Assembly (NCBI RefSeq): GCF_006345805.1
Contig: NC_043024.1
Span: 16,678,001-16,742,000 of the forward strand
DNA from: Octopus sinensis
Taxonomy: Eukaryota
Length of the DNA stretch: 64,000 bases
Direction of reading: 5' to 3'
Below are positions 37,437-49,601 of this stretch, piece by piece (position 1 is the stretch's first letter; every line of letters begins with the position of its first letter). The notes below the pieces were generated by a model that saw nothing but the letters and a program-made list of their open reading frames with translations, was not told the origin of the DNA and ran no database searches. A program made the translations under genes and the position numbers.

Positions 37437-38970
37437 ACTGTCATTTTGTTTCAAGACAGTCAGACAGTCTTTACACACACGCATGCACGAACAGAGAGAT
37501 AGACAAACACACACACAAACACACACACACAAATGTATATATAGATATATTCATACTTGAATGTAAAACTACGAATTACACCTCCGCTCTTGAACACATG
37601 TATCCACAAAAAGTTGTATAATCTCCTTCAAAGATAATATATAAATTATAAGGTTTAGATTTGATATCTACACACCCGATGACACATCTACATATACATG
37701 CAAATCTGTACCTATGTACCTAGATATATAGCTAGCTATATAAATAGATACATATAGATTTATATTTACATATGTATAAGATGTGTGTGTGTGTGTGTGT
37801 GTGTGTGCCTTTTGATACATACATTTGTAATTGAAAAATTCCCTCCTCGCCAGATCCAACAACTTAAAAATATGAAGATAGGTCACTAGATATTCAATAA
37901 TCTGTTGGACTTGACTTAGCTGGAGATAATATGATTTACCTATCTACTACTCGCATATTCGCATACACAAATCTACACACACACACGTGCGTGCGCGTCT
38001 TTATGCAGTGACAACCATGAAAGTATATTTCTCTTGTATTTTCTTATTTCAGATATATATATATATACATTGTCACATGCATACAAACACACATACATGA
38101 ATACTTATGTAAGCATAAATTTATGTACATTTGTGTGTGTGTGTGTGGTGTGTGTGTGTGTGTGTAAATAGAAACACAGACACCTAAGGAAGTCTGTAGG
38201 AGAGAATATATTAATATTTTATAAACATATATCTCTGTATTTTAATGAGGATTATTATATAAATAATTCAGGTTATGGATTAAGGACTCACATGCACACA
38301 CACAAACACAAATGCACATACATACACACATACGCTCTCTCTGTGTGTCTCTCTCACACACACACACTTGTTGTCGTGCTCTCCCACGTACACACACCCA
38401 CACACTTGCTCTCTCTGTCTCACACTCAAACACTCTTTGTATCTCTCTCTCTTCCTCTCTCTCTCTCTCTCCCTCTCTCTGTCACAAACACTTAATGAGA
38501 TAAAATTATACACGCATGCAAAATAATCCCTTTATTTCTCTCACTGCTCTTCTCAAAAGTTACATATTATCATAACTGAATTCCAAATAACTCAAAGTGC
38601 TTAGAAATTATTTACATATTTAATGAGTGTCTACTTTTCTGTCTGTCTGTTTGCCTGTCTGCCTGTCTCTATCCCTCTATTGCTTTCTCTCTCTCTCTGC
38701 CTCTGTAAAGGGTGGTGCTCCAGCATGGCCGTAGTCAGAATGACTGAAACAAGTAAAAGAATAAAAGAATATATAATATATATATATAGGCACACACGAG
38801 GCAGTGTGGTAAGAAGCTTGCTTCCCAACCATATGGTTTCAAGTTCAGTCCCACTGCGTGACACCTTAAGTAAATGTCTTCTATTATAGCTTTGGGTGGA
38901 CCATAGCCTTGTGAGTGGATTTGGTTGACAGAAACTGAAAAAGCCCATCGTGTGTGTGTGTGTGTGTGTG

Positions 38971-39014
<44 letters not shown>

Positions 39015-39285
39015 TATATTTCTGTGTTTGTGTTCATCTTTGTCCCTCCATTATCACTTGACAACCAATGTTGGTGTGTTTACATCCCCATAACTTAGCA
39101 GGTTGGCAAAAAAGTCCAATAGAATAAATACCAGGCTTACAAAGAATAAGTCCAGGGATCAATTTCTTTGACTAAAAAGGTGGTGCTCCAGCATGGCCAC
39201 TGTCAAAATGACTGAAACAAGTAAAAGAATATTTATATATATATATTATGAAATGGATTTAAATGCAGCTGTTATTCCAACCTTT

Positions 39286-39374
39286 ATACTTCTGACATAT
39301 GTTTCGAAGAAAACGATATTATTCCGGAGGGAATAAAATGATGTAAAACAATGTATTCATCTTGTCAGGAAGAA
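39286..39374 (-). ncRNA. Decayed hammerhead in a ~180-bp module between (TA)n tracts
   Basis: cuuc-CUGACAA-gaugaa...uucuuc-GAAAC-auau-GUC-agaag; G8 lost, stem I out of register. Confidence 0.45.
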
Positions 39375-39971
39375 AAGAGAAACACAACACATCAATAAGC
39401 CATTTTACCTGAATGTGATTACTGCGTATATATATATATCTATATATATATGTGTGTGTGTGTGTATGTGCGTGTGTCTAACCCCACCCACATATACACT
39501 AGAGTGTTACCCAATGCAAGATGGGTAACTTTGGATGTATATTAAGTCGCAGTTTATTGTATGTATATCCTACTTCATGGTATGACTCATAGTGACAACT
39601 AAAGCATATTCAAATGATTCTAACCTTTACAGTAATATATTCACTTGTGACTGTTTTACATATATATGTATGTATAGCGTTGGGCCCTATGGAGGCATTA
39701 TGCCGTGCTTGAGAAAAAGACTCATCAAGCCAAACAAAATCGCAGTTATGGCAGATACTGGTGTTATGCAAATGGCACCCATGCTGGTGGCACGTAAAAG
39801 CATCCATTACACTCTCAAAGATGCTGGTATTAGGAAGGGCATCCAGCCATAGAAAACCATGCCAAATCAGACTGGAATCTGGTGCAGCCTTCCAGTATGC
39901 CAACCTAGTCAAACTGTTCAATCCATGCCAGCATGGACAATGGACTTTAAATGGTATGATGATGATGGTGA

Positions 39972-40200
39972 ACAGATTATTCCAAAGGGACTTTGGCCAC
40001 CAAGATCATGTGATTTAACACCACCAGACCTTTTTTTCTGAGGAGCAAGTAAAAGATCAGTGTACAATAACCACCCAAAAAACCATCAATTGCACAGACT
40101 AAAAGTTGGATGGGGCCAGGATAAACTACCTGAATCAACTTGCTATAAAAGCAGGTAATAAGTACAAACTTAGTACAAGTTTCAATTGTACATTTCAATT
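39972..40200 (+). pseudogene. Tc1/mariner transposase C-terminal fragment
   Basis: LWPPRSCDLTPPDLFF matches the WPxxSPDLxPxD motif. Confidence 0.7.
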
Positions 40201-40226
40201 TTAACAGTTATTTTTTCAAACATATA

Positions 40227-40707
40227 ATGGAAGTGACAAAGGAGCATATTTAGTATATTTTACTTTGTGAATTCAATAAAGCAACAACGCAAAGGAAAGT
40301 GTGAAGAATATTAATGCATTATATGGGGATCAGACAATAAACGTAAGCCAGTGTCAACAGTGGTTCGAGAAATTCTGAGCCGGAAACTACAGCCTAGAAG
40401 ATGGACCACGTCCTGGAAAATATATAGAGCTTGACGAGAACGTCCAGCAAACCCAGGTGGAACCAAAGCCCACAGAGAGTGAATGAGTGCTCTTCTTTGC
40501 TGTCATGTCTCACGAAGGAACTGTTTTTTTGGACTGAATAGTGACTGGTAATGAGACATAAGGTCTCTATAAAAATGTCAAGTGCCAAAGACTGTGTAGG
40601 GAAAGGAGAAACAGCAGCACCCCCAAGCTAAAGTAGGTCTTCACCCATGTAAGGTGTTGTTATTTTTTTTTCAGGGATATGAAAGGTTTAGTCCACTTTG
40701 AACTTTA
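40227..40707 (+). pseudogene. Decayed mariner transposase
   Basis: MEVTKEHI..LLCEF, QWFEKF*AGNYSLEDGPRPG, VTGNET, LHPCKVLL..DMKGLVHFEL. Confidence 0.8.
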
Positions 40708-40789
40708 AGCGAGTGAAAACATGTTTGTAACATATCTCAACATTTAAAAGCAAAGCCACTGCAGTTACCCTCATCATTCATCTTCATTA

Positions 40790-41300
40790 TTTAACACCAG
40801 TTTTCCATGAGTAAGATGCCTTGACTGGGGCTGGTAAGTCAGAGAGCTTCACCAGGCTCCAGTCTGTTCTGGCTTCATTTCTAAGACTGGATACCCTTCC
40901 TAATGCCAAACACTCTACAGAGTGTGCTGGGTGTCTTTAGCATATTATTAGCATGGATGCCTTTTATGTGTCACTGGCATGGATGCCTTTTACACATCAC
41001 TGGCACAGGTGCCATTTATGTGTCATCAGCACAGGTGCCTGCCACGTGTCACCAGCATGGATGCCTATCATGTGTCACTGGTGCAAGTGCATTTCACAAA
41101 TCTCTGGTATGGGTGCCTTTCACATGTCCCCAGCTCAGATGCCTTTAATGTGTCACCAGCATGGGTGACTCTTCTATGTCACCAGCACAGACGCCTTTAA
41201 CATGTCACTGGCAAGGAGGCCTTTTGTGTGTCACCAGCATGGATTCTTTATAATGGATCACTGGCAAGGGGACCATTTATGTGTCACCAGCACTGGCCAC
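40790..41300 (-). mobile_element. Family C repeat with ~13-14 x 26-bp internal tandem array
   Basis: aggaagggtatccag body plus decayed units of gtgacacataaaaggcatcc. Confidence 0.7.
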
Positions 41301-41589
41301 AATTATCATTTCACTTATCTTGACATGTCTTTCCAAGCACAGAAAATTGCCAAAAGTCTTTGGACTTGTCATCACTTTTGTCATACTCATCTTCTGAAGA
41401 TCATATTTTACCCTCTTGTCGCATGTCTTCCTGGGTCTACCTCTTCCATAGCTTCCCACCACAATTGTGTGCATCTGTCTATGAAAATTGACACATACAA
41501 GACATTTTGGTCAAAATATTAACTAACTCACAATCATGAAGTCTTTGGTCTGATCAGGACTCAAGCAGATTTAACGGTGAGTCACATCA

Positions 41590-41863
41590 GCTTCTAAGCC
41601 TCTGCTGCTGCATCAGGCTTTTGCTTAGCGAGGCTGGGGTCATCCCAGGCTAGTGGCCCCAGAGACATCATCATATATAGATGTGACCAGGTCCACCAGT
41701 GCTCTTTATCACTGGCGGTCCCGTGCCAGCCCCTCAGCATTGAGCCTCTGGAGATCTTCCTTAACCATGTCCAGCCATCTGGTGCAGTTCCTGTCACGAG
41801 GCTTCTTCCAGTCCACAGCTGTTGCATCAAATGAGACTGAAGCCCTGGTAGGACGATCTAGCG
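41590..41863 (-). pseudogene. RTE-type LINE 3' fragment interrupted by a hAT MITE
   Basis: WKKPRDRNCTRWLDMVKEDLQRLNAEGLARDR. Confidence 0.6.
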
Positions 41864-42359
41864 CAGGGGCCGCTAAAGGGGGTCCAAGGGATCCCCTAGG
41901 GTTTAGTGAGGAATTTACAGGGTGTTGATGATAGCCAAGGGATCAAATAGGGGCTGGCATGCAAGAGACTAGTTCACCCAGATGAACTGCTTGAAATACT
42001 CAGTCAGTGCCATGAAATGTAGAAAAACAGGATGCATTTTTCACATTTTCTAACCATGAAATTAATTTCATAAAAATTGAAAGTTTAATAATGTGTACTT
42101 GTACACATAGTTTTAAATGTAAAAAGTGTGTCATCTTCAACGGAATTTCTTAATTTGTTGCACATGTATATTTTAGCTAACATTTTAATTGCTAGCATCA
42201 ATGCCCATTATGCATTTGATATATGGTAGGGTAGGGTAGGGTATTAAGGTATTTTAAATGAGGAGGGTAGTCAATGAGGAAGGAGAATTGGCTAAAGGGA
42301 ATTAATGCACAAGATGTGGCTAAAGGAGGCCGATGGCTGAAAAAGTTTGGTGACCCCTG
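41864..42359 (+). mobile_element. hAT MITE with 8-bp TSD
   Basis: TIRs caggggccgctaaa / tttggtgacccctg; TSD atctagcg / atctagtg (7 of 8). Confidence 0.85.
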
Positions 42360-42635
42360 ATCTAGTGGGAGACGGAGGACATGCTTGTACCAGCACATGC
42401 AATGGATAGGTGGGAGGCTGTGGGTCGATGCAGTTCTTTGTTGGAAATGTATGGAAAACTAAAAAGTGGAAAGAAAAAGAACCTCACAAACCCTGGCTGA
42501 TACTGAGAAATCATTCCCACACCTTATCCCACTAAAATATGAGTTGCGTGCCACTATGACTGCCATGGTTGTTCAGATACTGGGCCTTCTCGATCATTGA
42601 TGCAAGTGAAAATCTTTAGTGTAGAACAATTACGT

Positions 42636-43485
42636 CGGTGGCACGTAAAAGCACCATCCGTTCATGGCCGTTTGCCAGCTCTGTCTGGCCCCGTGTCGGT
42701 GGCATGTAAAAGCACCATCCGTCCGTGTCCGTTGCCAGCCTTGGCTGGCCCCCGTGCCGGTGACACGTAAAAGCACCGTCCGCTCGTGGCCGTTTGCCAG
42801 CTCTGTCTGGCAACCGTGTCGGTGGCACGTAAAAGCACCATCCGTTCGCGTCCGTTGCCAGCCTTGGCTGGCCCCCGTGCCGGTGACACGTAAAAGCACC
42901 GTCCGCTCGTGGCCGTTTGCCAGCTCTGTCTGGCAACCGTGTCGGTGGCACGTAAAAGCACCATCCGTTCGCGTCCGTTGCCAGCCTTGGCTGGCCCCCG
43001 TGCCGGTGACACGTAAAAGCACCGTCCGTTCGTGGCCGGTTGCCAGCTCTGTCTGGCCCCGTGTCGGTGGCACGTAAAAGCACCATCTGTTCGCGTCCGT
43101 TGCCAGCCTCGGCTGGCCCCCGTGCCGGTGACACGTAAAAGCACCGTCCGTTCGTGGCCGGTTGCCAGCTCTGTCTGGCCCCGTGTCGGTGGCACGTAAA
43201 AGCACCATCTGTTCGTGTCCGTTGCCAGCATCGCCTGGCCCCGTGCCGGTGACACGTAAAAGCACCATCCGTTCGTGGCCGTTCGCCAGCTCTGTCTGGC
43301 ACCTGTGCAGGTGGCACGTAAAAAACACCCACTACACTCACGGAGTGGTTGGCGTTAGGAAGGGCATCCAGCCGTAGAAACACTGCCAGATCTGACTGGG
43401 CCTGACGAAGCCTTCCAGCTTCACAGACCCCAGTTGACCCGTCCAACCCATGCTAGCATGGAAAGCGGACGATGATGATGATGAA
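42636..43485 (+). mobile_element. Family C repeat with 12 x ~61-bp alternating tandem array and (gat)n tail
   Basis: cacgtaaaagcacc-type anchor at 42642, 42703, 42764, 42826, 42887, 42949, 43010, 43071, 43132, 43193, 43253, 43315; body ggcgttaggaagggcatccag. Confidence 0.85.
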
Positions 43486-43729
43486 TTGCAAAGCCTGGAC
43501 ACTTCCCTTCAGAATTGGAAACTACTACAACTCCAACAATTACTGGCCATCTATAGAAAGCTCAAAGTAGATCCAGAATGATGGAATACCATATTCTTTG
43601 AGAATCTCCATTGGTTTCATTTGATGGATTGAGTTGAAAACTTTGCTAAAGTCTATAAATCATAAAACAGTTTTTGCAATTCAGACTGCTTAATCTTTAC
43701 GTATGTGCGTGCATGTGTGTGTGTGTGCT

Positions 43730-43764
<35 letters not shown>

Positions 43765-45718
43765 CTACATACATGCTAACTGACAGTCATATATATATAT
43801 ATACATATATATACATGTCTATACAGAAGAACTGAGCATTGTTTCCATGTAAGATATACTTAAAAAATACTTGAAGCAGATGCGAGAGAAAGAGAGAGAG
43901 AGAGTGGGAGAAGGAATGAGAGAGATTAAGTAAAGATGCAGTCATATCAAAATCTTTGTCTTTATATTCTTCCTACTCCCCACATCACATTCACCCACTT
44001 TCACTTGCATGCTGACTTTAACTCCCCTTCTTAATCAAGCCCTCACTTAGAATTTTTCATCTTACTTTCTTTCCCTCTTATTTTCTTTTTAATGATTTCA
44101 CTATTTTTGCTTCACTCTTTTCTGTCTCACCCCTTTCTCTCTCTCTCTCTCCCTCATTTTCTCCTTTCACTGTTGCCAACACCATAATTGCCAACAGCAA
44201 TTCCTTTGCTGTTACCTCAACCATGACTGTTTATTTCTAATTCTATTTGAGTTACTATTCTTAATGTTATGCAAAAGGAAGGTTAGTAGGTACTATTGAA
44301 TTAATATATTGATAGCTGTTATCAGGCATTTTACTCTTCTACATGTTAATGTACGCATCTGTCCCTTCCTAAAAAGCATCATTCTCTAAAATAGAACCTA
44401 ATTATGCACTCACCAGCCTCTTTGAAATTTATATCACCAAAATCTTAAGTGCAAAAAACCCTTGTACACAACAGATTTCTCTTAATATATAAATATATAG
44501 TCTTTATAACTGCTACTGCAAAAATGATTTTCCATATATTACAGTGTTTATGTGTTCATGGATGGTTGCACAAATACGAGTGTGTGTGTGTAAGCATGTA
44601 TAGATTTATGTTCATATGTCTGAGTGTGTATGAGTTTGCTGAGATACAAATAACTGACCCTACCACCAAGTTAGCTTTCATTTAATTTTTATAATTATTA
44701 AAACTTTATGTATATATTTTAAGTTGAATTAATGTAACCATATTTTAGAAATTGTTTTGAAATATTAAAATAAACTCAAAATCATTCTTCATGTTACAAG
44801 AAAAAATAACAAAAATAAACAGTCACAGTTCTGTAATAAGCCAGGTAAGAAAAAAATTCACAGTCCCCACAGGAACTCAAACCTATGGCTTACTCCACGA
44901 CCCCTTAAGAAAATCCCTCAATTTAGAATATTTTCTAAAATATATTATAACCAGTTTTTATTTTACATCTGGTGATGCAAGCAGGAAAATAGAAATCAAA
45001 ATATGAATATATCTCTTACATGTTTCAGTTGTTGGACTGTGGCCATGCTGCAGCACTGCCTTGAAGAATTTTTAGCTGAATTAATCAACCCTAGTACTTA
45101 TTTAAAAAAATTTTTTTTTTGGAAAGTCTCGTACTTATTCTATCAATCCCTTTTGGGGACATAAACTTATGGGGACATAAACACACCAACACCAGTTGTC
45201 ATGTGGTGGTAGTGGTGGGAGGCACACGCATACACAAAGACACATGTGAACGCACACACATGCATGCATGTGTGCACGCTTTACACACGCAAGATGGGCT
45301 TCTTTCAGTTTCCATCTACATCCACTCACAAGACCTTTGTCAGCTCGAGGCAATAGCAGAAGGCTCTTGCCCAAGATGTCATGCAGTGGAATTGATCCTG
45401 GAACCATATGGTTGGGGAGTAAACTTCTTATCACGCAGCCATGCCTGCATCTTTTCTTTCATTCTTTTATTCTTCTACTTGTTTCAGTCATCTGACTGCA
45501 GCCATGCTGGAGCACATCCTTAAAGGGCTTTTAGTCGAAGAAACCAACCCCACCAGGACTTATTCTTTGTCAGCCTAGTATCTGTTCTATCTCTTCTTTT
45601 TGCTGAACCACTAAGTCATGGATACGTAAACACACCAAAATCTGTTGTCAAGCAATGGTGGGAAGAACACACACAGGCACACACACACACACACACACAT
45701 AAACATGTACACACACTT

Positions 45719-45758
<40 letters not shown>

Positions 45759-45823
45759 GTATAAAGAAGGGTAAAATTGTAATTGTAGATGAACTTTTAT
45801 TCATGATCCAGGTTGGTACAGAA

Positions 45824-45932
45824 CCAATATACATTCTACAAATTGTTTCAGAGTGTAATTAATTCTAATACCGAAAATGAAAAACTCTTCATGAAATAAA
45901 AATTAGATTCTTCGTCAGGAATTACATACTGG
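45824..45932 (-). ncRNA. Type I hammerhead ribozyme (core intact)
   Basis: ccaguaugu-a-auuc-CUGACGA-aga...ucu-GAAAC-aauuu-GUA-gaau-guauauugg. Confidence 0.75.
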
Positions 45933-46182
45933 TATGAATAATTACAACCAACAAAAATATACAAAGACCTTTCATAGCCCAGACGGGAATGAGCAAATAT
46001 ATGTTTAAGTTATAGAACAAAGTTCAACAAATTCAGTCACATTTTTCATAAATGGAGGAGATTAGATGTTAATATGGAATAAAATAATTTTTATTCATTT
46101 TGCTATACAATCATTTCATACATAAAGACAATAAATTCATTTTAAGAATCTGAGTTGTCAGAGAGTGCTCATCAGTAACACA

Positions 46183-46400
46183 AAGGTAGCGAGCTGGCAG
46201 AAACATTAGCACGCCAGGTGAAAAGCTTAGCGGTATTTCGTCTATCTTTATGTTTTGAGTTCAAATTCTGCCAAGGTCGACTTTGCCTTTCATCCTTTTA
46301 GAGCTGATAAATTAAGTACCAGCTGTGTACTGGAGTCAGTCTAATTGACTGACCCCACCTCCCCAAAAATTTTGGGCCTTATGCCTCAAGTAGAAAAGAA
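46183..46400 (+). mobile_element. tRNA-derived SINE, family B
   Basis: Matches the other family B copies. Confidence 0.8.
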
Positions 46401-46895
46401 TAAGAAAAAATATAATAAAAGCTAAATAAAAAAAAAGTGAGACTTTAGCATTACATGGGTATGATGTTCTTGATAATTTCTGTAATAGATTGTTCTTGGG
46501 GTCATATCTATTTAAAACACAATATATACGACAGGCTTCTTTCAGTTTCTGTCTACCAAATCCACTTACAAGGGTTTGGTCAGCCTAATGCTAAAGAAGA
46601 CACTTACCTAAGGTGCCATGCAGTGGGACTGAACCTTGAACCCAGAACCATGTGGGTTCTTACCACACAGCTCACATGCACCTATGTATGCAGAGGTTAC
46701 AGTGCATTCTTAGTTTCCTTCATTGGCTTTTCTTCTTCATTATTCTTTGCATGATTATAATATGGCAATAATTCATAATGATTTAACACCAACTCCGACA
46801 TAGTGGAGAACAGGCGTTTATTTGTTGCATTTGGTTATCTTTACAACCATTAGATAGACACCTGTGTGTGTGTGTGTGTATATGTATATCTATAT

Positions 46896-48099
46896 ATTAT
46901 TATTATTATGGCTGCCCCCTCGTTATCGAGTATAGCCATTGTCCGAAGCTCAACTGTTACTGGTGCTGTGATCGAATGTGACTCTTTAGCCCAGCTAAAG
47001 ATCTACAATGTCTTGTACAAAATTGGCAACTAAAACCATTAGCCGGCTGTAGTTGTAACTGGGTTTCATGTATCTTTGCATGTCGTTTAAGCCCTCCTGC
47101 CGAATTACACTCTCTTCCACATGCCCGACAGATATGATTAGTATGGTGTGTAACACCACCACCAGTGGCCAGGTTGTCACTCATCTGTCTCGCTTTATGA
47201 CTACGAAGATGACTCATGAGTCCAGCTTTACTGAGGCAGAGTCTTGCACAGACACTGCATGTCAGAATCAAAGGAAGACCCTTCCCTTCTGGAAGTGTAA
47301 CAGCGATGCCCTTCCTGACATCCCTCCTTACTTTTTCATGTGCAACTCGAGATTTCTCAAACGTGGCTGTCCCCTCATGCACAATCCTTCTCCACCTGCT
47401 ACGATCAATAGCTATGCCTTCCCATGTGTCAGGAGTGATGCAAGCATCTCTTAAGGAAGCCTTCAGCAGGTCCTTATACCTCTTTTTTGGTTTATGTGGA
47501 GGTTGTTCTCCTTCAGCTAACTCTCCATAAAAGAGTTGTTTTAGCATCCTTGAATCCTTCATTCTGACCAGATGACCACTCCATCTGAGCCTTTGCTTTA
47601 ACACAAGAGCTTCTATACTTTGACACCATGTATTTCAAGATCACTGATGCGGTCCTTCCACTTAATGCTATAGGTCCATCTGAGGCACATCTGATGGAAA
47701 CGTTCCAGTTGTTTAAGGTGGTATCGATATGTGACCCATGTCTCGCAGGCATAAAGAAGAGAAGGGAGCACACATGCCTTGTACAGCTTTATCTTTGTCT
47801 TTCTGCATATGTCTTGCCGACTCCAGAGGCGCTTTTCTAGCCTTTCGAAAGCAACACTTGCTTTCCTAATTCTATATGGAATTTCATCATCCAAATTGCC
47901 ATATCTATTAATAGTGCTTCCCAGGTAGACAAACTGATCGACTACATCAAGTCGTTTACCATTCACATAGATATTTGGTACACTATACTGCATACCAGGG
48001 GCAGGTTGATGCATGACAACAGTGCAAGCATCAGAGAATGCATTCAAAATGTGTTGCATATCAATCTGTTTGTGCTACTAGCTCACAATCATCTGCATA
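46896..48099 (-). pseudogene. 5'-truncated RTE-clade LINE (RT from YADD, three C2H2 fingers, (TAA)n tail)
   Basis: YADDCELVA, FVYLGS, LLYACETW, RLRWSGHLVRM..LFYGEL; two frameshifts (~48060, ~47610); tail gcagcc(ata)n. Confidence 0.9.
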
Positions 48100-48139
48100 C
48101 ACATATACATACACACACATGAACATAGATGTGTGTATC

Positions 48140-48455
48140 CATAGGTACATTATATCACTGTGATCACCGTGACTGACCAGGCTATCAGATGTTGCTACAC
48201 ATCGCTGGTCACAATGCGCTTCGCATTGTTTTAGCCCTCAAACAATGCCATCCTGCTGGCTAAGCGAGCAGGCCAACAGAAGAAAGAGTGAGAGAAAGTT
48301 GTGGTGAAAGAGTACAGCAGGGATCGCCACTGCCCCCTGTCGGACCCTCGTGGAACTTTAGGTGTTTTCGTTCAATAAACACTCACAACACCCAGTCTCG
48401 GAATCAAAACTGCGATCCTACAACTGTGAGTCCACAGGGCCATTGCACTTCCACA
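48140..48455 (-). mobile_element. tRNA-derived SINE, family E
   Basis: Minus head ggaagtgcaatggccc..gcagttttgattccg, A/B-box-like. Confidence 0.6.
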
Positions 48456-48635
48456 GGTACATATATATATCAAAAGGATGTTATAACACTATTCCACATA
48501 TACAAAAACAGCCATACCAACAATCCAACATACCTCCATCATCAGCTGCCCCACGGATATCATTATGGTTTCAACACCTGGGCAGTACCATTCAACCTGG
48601 CAGTGTCAACAGCACTAAAATAAGTATATTATATA

Positions 48636-49015
48636 CACTTGCGTCAGAAATTAATTAGCACTTCTCAAATTTCTACATTAAATAGGTTAAATCAATTAAC
48701 CTATGAGCTGTTCAAAACGTGTTACGCGATGAGAAAACTTAGTATGGTGTGATTTCGGTCCTTGCGAGGCGCTACCTATATCTATTAAACAAAGGAAGAT
48801 TTGTCTGCATCCGCACTCCAAGTTGTTGTTGCACTGCTGTGTCAACATCATAAGGCTGTAGACTCTCAAACTGCTCTGCAAACAAAGTTACGTCATCGTT
48901 CTGCGCAACAGTGAACTCGCAACAAAGCAATAGTTCGAGATATGCCCACTAGGTGACAGCACATACCTTGAGTGAAGAGCAAATCAAGGGTGCTAATTAA
49001 TTTCTGACGGTAGTG
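48636..49015. mobile_element. Tc1-type MITE
   Basis: TA|cacttgcgtcagaaattaattagcac ... gtgctaattaatttctgacggtagtg|TA. Confidence 0.85.
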
Positions 49016-49601
49016 TATATAGGCATAGGAGTGGCTGTGTGGTAAGAGGATTGCTTCCCAACCACATGGTTCTGGGTTTAGTCCCACTGCGTGGCACCTT
49101 GGGCAGGTGTCTTCTACTAATGCCTTGGGCTGACCAAAGCCTCATGAGTGGATTTGGTAGATGGAAACTGAGAGAAACATATACACACACATACATATAT
49201 ATGCATATATACGATAGGCTTCTTTCAGTTTCCATCTACCTTGCCTTTCATCCTTTCGGAGTTGATAAATTAAGTACCAGTTGCGTACTGGGTTCGATCT
49301 AATTGACTGGCCCCGTTCCCCAAAATTTCGGGCTTTGTGCCTAGAGTAGAAAGAGTATTTTAACTCATGTCCATTGTCCAGAAATCTTTCATCTCACATC
49401 TGTGACCTCTTGAGTGACACTTTTTGTTTTCATGTGTGCTCTTGCTCCACTTACTCCAAGTGGACCAAGAGCACACATAAAAATGAAAAGTGTCACTGAA
49501 GACATCACAGATTTCTGGACAATAATAATTGAGTGAAGAATGAATATGTATTGCGTGTGTTTATTTGGCAAAAAATACAAAACAAAAAAAAGAAATGACC
49601 A

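Larger units (their letters stand above)
35340..37800 (+). repeat. ~1.26-kb tandem duplication plus a third partial head at 35047
   Basis: 35340-36600 and 36600-37800 are nearly identical outside microsatellites. Confidence 0.9.

Noticed and set aside
89-38513. Dozens of ORFs rich in Y/I/H/T/C/V/M
   Set aside because: Translations of (TA)n, (TG)n and (TATG)n microsatellites
42616-43446. 276/232/197-aa repetitive ORFs; CRISPR-like array
   Set aside because: The ORFs are by-products of the tandem array; the intervening segments are themselves repeats, not unique spacers, and the context is eukaryotic
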